A stretch of 64,000 bases of DNA from Desulfosoma sp. (GTDB taxonomy: Bacteria; Desulfobacterota; Syntrophobacteria; Syntrophobacterales; DSM-9756). The stretch's first letter is position 1, and the number at the start of each line of letters is the position of its first letter. Position numbers and translations under genes: made by a program. This document shows positions 60,712 to 64,000 of this stretch, one piece after another. The notes under the pieces are model-generated. The model searched no databases. It was not told the origin of the DNA and worked only from the letters and a program-made list of their open reading frames with translations. The stretch covers positions 1 through 64,000 of the forward strand of contig JBBFKW010000017.1 of the NCBI GenBank assembly GCA_037481835.1, in the 5' to 3' direction.

Positions 60712-61908
60712 TTAGAGGCCGAAAATGCCCACACTGCACACGCTGAAGGATGGGATCCCGCCCAGGTTGTGGGTGAGGCCCAGCTTGGGGTCCTGAATCT
60801 GACGCGGCCCGGCCCGATGGAGCAGCTGGGTGTAGACTTCGTAAATCATGCGGATGCCGGACGCCCCGATGGGATGGCCGAAGCACTTCAGGCCTCCGTC
60901 GGACTGGCACGGTATCTTGCCTTCCAAATTGAAGAACCCATCGTTGATGTCCCGGATGGCCCGGCCTCGCTCGGAAATCTGGAGATCCTCGTAGGTGACG
61001 AGTTCCGTGATGGAAAAGCAATCGTGCACCTCCAGAACGCTCAGCTCGTCCCGCGGCCGCGTGATGCCGGCTTCCGCATAGGCCCGCTTGGCCGCTTCCG
61101 TCGTGGTCTTGAGATAGGTCCCGTCCCAGCGGGTCGTCACCATTTCCTCACCCGATGTGGCGGCGATCTGCAGCGCCTTGACGAACACCGGAGTCTTTCC
61201 CAAACCTCGGGCGACGTCCGGCGTCGTCACAATGGCCGCCGCCGCTCCGTCGCTCACGCCGCAACAGTCGAAAAGCCCCAAGGGCCAGGCGATGATGGGG
61301 GCTTTGAGGACCTGTTCCGGGGTGATTTCTTTTCGCAAGTGCGCCTTGGGGTTCATGGCCCCGCAGCGGTGGCTCTTGGCGGAAATCTTGGCCAAGGCCA
61401 TCTTGCCTTCTTCTGGGGAAATGCCGTACTTGGCAAAATAGCGCGTGGCCATGAGGGCGAAGCCGCCCGGGGCCGTAAAATTGGGCAGGATGAACCGATT
61501 GAGGGTTCCCATGGCCGTGTCGAAACCCGGAAGACCGCCGTAGCCCGTGTCCTTGAGCTTTTCCACGCCGAGGGCCAAGGCGATGCGGCAGGCGCCCGAA
61601 GCCACCGCATAGCAGGCGCCGCGAAAGGCTTCCGTTCCCGTGGCGCAGAAATTTTCCACCCGCGTCACCGGAATGTTGGGAAGTTTCAATGCCTGGGCCA
61701 AAGGAATGGCACTCTTGCCGATGTTGACCTCATCGAAACACGTGCCCAACCAGGCCGCATCGATCTCTTTCTTTTCAATCCCCGCATCCTGCAAGGCTTC
61801 CTGGAAGGCCTCCACCATGAGGTCTTCGGCCCCGTCGTTCCACCGCTCCCCGAACCGGGTGCACCCCATCCCGATGATCGCCACCTTGTCCTTGATTCCC
61901 GTCGCCAT
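60712..61908 (-). CDS. SCP2/archaeal-type thiolase (acetyl-CoA acetyltransferase)
   Basis: VENFCATG nucleophile, EVHDCF, GHPIGASG, HNLGG (no CxG). Confidence 0.92.
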   Translation of the reverse strand: MATGIKDKVAIIGMGCTRFGERWNDGAEDLMVEAFQEALQDAGIEKKEIDAAWLGTCFDEVNIGKSAIPLAQALKLPNIPVTRVENFCATGTEAFRGACYAVASGACRIALALGVEKLKDTGYGGLPGFDTAMGTLNRFILPNFTAPGGFALMATRYFAKYGISPEEGKMALAKISAKSHRCGAMNPKAHLRKEITPEQVLKAPIIAWPLGLFDCCGVSDGAAAAIVTTPDVARGLGKTPVFVKALQIAATSGEEMVTTRWDGTYLKTTTEAAKRAYAEAGITRPRDELSVLEVHDCFSITELVTYEDLQISERGRAIRDINDGFFNLEGKIPCQSDGGLKCFGHPIGASGIRMIYEVYTQLLHRAGPRQIQDPKLGLTHNLGGIPSFSVCSVGIFGL

Positions 61909-61920
61909 GGGCTCCCCTCC

Positions 61921-63381
61921 TTATCGTCCCGCCGATTCCACGGGCACGGCCTTCCAGAAATACGTGTGCACGCCCCGCTGGGGGTCGTGGTATTTTCGCC
62001 GAAGATGCAGCTCCACAGGCTGATCCACCCGAATGGACTCCAACGCGCAGTCGGTGAAATCCAGCATCATTCGCCCGCCCCCTTGGAAGTCCACGATGCC
62101 GTAGATCTGAGGCGGATCCAGCGAAAAGGCCAGGTTGTCTCCCGTGTAGCTGAAGATCCGAGCCGGCTTGTCCGAAAAGAGGTAGGGTTCCGTCTCGTCC
62201 ACGGCTTGGCATTCGCCGACGGCACAGATCCTTTGCGGCGGAAACTGCGGGGTGCCGCACCGCCGGCACCGAGTGCCCTCCAACCCCAAGATGGCCCGCC
62301 GATACCGCCATTGGACCGATAGAGGCGTTTCCGCTTGAAATTCCCCCCGAAGGCCTGTTTCCACGGGAATGAGCTCCCGGAAGGCCGCCGCTTTTTCATA
62401 GGGGGCGAGCATGGCTTTGCGCGCAGCAAGGGCATCGAAAGTCCAGGCGGGCTTAAAAGAAGGTGCAGCCTCGGTGACGCGGAAATGGAGGACGTCCACG
62501 CCGCTTCCGTACCCCACAACGAGGATGTGGGACCCGGGGGAAGCGGATTCCAGCGCCCTGCACAGCATGAGGAGCGGGTGAGCGGCGCCGGTGTCGCCCA
62601 CCTGGGCCGCCAAGGGATCGGCGATCCGATCCGGGGCCAAGCCCAGCCTGGCACCGATGACGGCATGCTCCCGTGGGTACGGGCAGGGGTATATCACCGT
62701 GGAAAAGGCGTCCAGGGGCATCTGGGCTTGAGCGAGATAGTTCTGGACGGCCTTGGGGATGAGGGAGAGATACCCTTCGTCACGCATCCAGCGCTCTTCC
62801 CAAGACCGAGGGAGCTTCTTCTCGTTTTCCCGAATGGGGCCCGGAAAATCGGCACTGAGGGAGTAGGACCCGACGAGCTCGGCAAGAATCCCGTCGCGGC
62901 CCATGAGGAGCGCCGCGCCGCCGTCGCCGTACAGGAGTTCTTCGGCGCTTCCCATTTTGGCCCGTCGGGCATCGGAGGCCACGGCCAGGGCCTGGGTCGA
63001 AGCGCCGGAAGACACCTGAGCGGCCGCCGCCAGGACGGCCGATGTCCCCGCCCGCGTCGATCCCGTGACATCCACGGCCAGAGCGCCTTCGGGAAGACTG
63101 AGCGCCTCCCGGAGAATCGCCGCATTCTGGCGTTCCGCGTAGGGAAAGTTGGACGATCCGGCGAAAAGGGCCGTGCAGGCGGACTCGACCCGGAAACGAC
63201 AGGCATTTCGACCCGCCGCCGCGGCCAGGGTGATGGCGTCTTCGTCCGCCCCGGCCACGGCCTTTTCCCCGCCGGCAAGTCCCCATGCGGCGGGGTTGAT
63301 CCAGGCCATGGCTTTCGCCACCATTTTCCTTTCCAGCCGATATCGCGGCAGATACGCACCATAGGCAACAATGCCGACCAT
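61921..63381 (-). CDS. HMG-CoA synthase/FabH-like domain fused to DUF35 (Zn-ribbon plus OB fold)
   Basis: GIVAYGAYLPRYRL, EKAVAGADEDAIT, GDTGAA, VGYGSG; C-terminal CRRC..PPQRIC....C and OB fold ending YFWKA. Confidence 0.88.
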   Translation of the reverse strand: MVGIVAYGAYLPRYRLERKMVAKAMAWINPAAWGLAGGEKAVAGADEDAITLAAAAGRNACRFRVESACTALFAGSSNFPYAERQNAAILREALSLPEGALAVDVTGSTRAGTSAVLAAAAQVSSGASTQALAVASDARRAKMGSAEELLYGDGGAALLMGRDGILAELVGSYSLSADFPGPIRENEKKLPRSWEERWMRDEGYLSLIPKAVQNYLAQAQMPLDAFSTVIYPCPYPREHAVIGARLGLAPDRIADPLAAQVGDTGAAHPLLMLCRALESASPGSHILVVGYGSGVDVLHFRVTEAAPSFKPAWTFDALAARKAMLAPYEKAAAFRELIPVETGLRGEFQAETPLSVQWRYRRAILGLEGTRCRRCGTPQFPPQRICAVGECQAVDETEPYLFSDKPARIFSYTGDNLAFSLDPPQIYGIVDFQGGGRMMLDFTDCALESIRVDQPVELHLRRKYHDPQRGVHTYFWKAVPVESAGR

Positions 63382-63430
63382 GGAAACCTCCTTGCTTTCA
63401 GGGGAATGGAACCGAGGGACACGCAACCTA

Positions 63431-63445
63431 ACCGAGCGCTCGTTC
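63431..63445. promoter_or_regulatory. Candidate TetR operator 1
   Basis: Palindromic core CGAGCGCTCG 50 bp upstream of the first cluster gene, downstream of a minus-strand TTGACA (63471-76). Confidence 0.5.
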
Positions 63446-63531
63446 AGTTCCTGACAGAGCCGACGGCTCATGTCAAGCAAAAGATGAAGCTTGGGCGTGA
63501 GGTCGCTCTCGAGTTAAACTGGTTTCGTTGC

Positions 63532-63690
63532 CTTTGTATATGAAAGTCGCCTTCGAAATCTGAAAGGGCAGGACTTTCCTGGTTCGTTGTCTCGCCGGAT
63601 ATGGATCCGGGTTGGGGTTCGCTGTGCTCACCCCAACCTACGAGTTTATTCAACGAGACTTTCATCCTTCGTCGTCTCGCCCCGCGCGAT
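63532..63690. repeat. MITE-like repeat with GTAG REP (63611-63641)
   Basis: GTTGGGGTTCGCTGTGCTCACCCCAACCTACGAGTTTATTC matches 2811-2851 and the 35.3-kb cluster; flanked by TTTCATCCTTCGT-type ends. Confidence 0.75.
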
Positions 63691-64000
63691 GGGGGGTATT
63701 GCTGGCTCGGACCGAGACGGCGGTCCTAGTGCCCGCCGGTTCGCGGCGAACGATGGGGAAGGCCTCTCATGGGCGAAGGAGCAATGGGGGGTGCAGTCTT
63801 CGGGGGCGCTGAGCTCACCTCAGCGGCCCTCTCGATCCATCGCGCTGAGAATTGGACGGGGCCGACGCAGCCGTGATTTTCGCGGCCGGGGATAAAGCCC
63901 GCCCCTGCCGTGAAAGGCTTCCCCCATCTCCCGAGCGCGACTCATCGCCATGATGGATGGGGCAGTGCGGTTTTCATTGGAAAGGGCTTGAAGGACGAAT

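Noticed and set aside
61921..63381. Functional HMG-CoA synthase / mevalonate pathway
   Set aside because: Catalytic Cys appears absent and no mevalonate genes are nearby; context is catabolic

Overview
High-GC chromosomal window from a Gram-negative, probably anaerobic deltaproteobacterium. A Desulfobacterota / Syntrophobacterales-like affiliation is inferred from gene content only. All family calls come from motif recognition, not database searches. Most of the window is core genome: tRNA-Arg(TCT); lysS; the envelope and lipid A superoperon (lolC/E-lolD-bamA-skp-lpxD-fabZ-lpxA-lpxI::oxidoreductase-lpxB-msbA-waaA); ptsH-ptsI-smpB-tRNA-Leu(CAA); queA-tgt-yajC-secD-secF; alr-argS-SPOR; hisS-aspS-(Re)-citrate synthase-rlpA-hisD; a FleQ-like sigma54 activator; fadL; manA; and an 8-gene acyl-CoA catabolic cluster with its TetR regulator. 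Two accessory patches sit at tRNA 3' ends. (i) Left of tRNA-Arg is an intact two-gene operon (ARPP-1/DUF6569 protein plus an orphan coiled-coil protein), preceded by a promoter with the TGACAG-N10-TAnnnT layout typical of WYL (PafBC-type) activated genes. MFS and IS1380 debris lie between it and the tRNA. (ii) After tRNA-Leu is a nested IS66/IS3/IS91-like graveyard in which only a DUF4258-DUF2283 toxin-antitoxin pair is intact. Best leads: the ARPP-1 operon and its promoter; a LpxI-GnnA-like fusion; a catalytically dead HMG-CoA-synthase-DUF35 fusion paired with an SCP2-type thiolase (PhlABC-like) in an (R)-specific beta-oxidation cluster; a Cache-domain-fused (Re)-citrate synthase; a structured ptsH-ptsI intergenic RNA; and a dispersed REP-inside-MITE repeat family.
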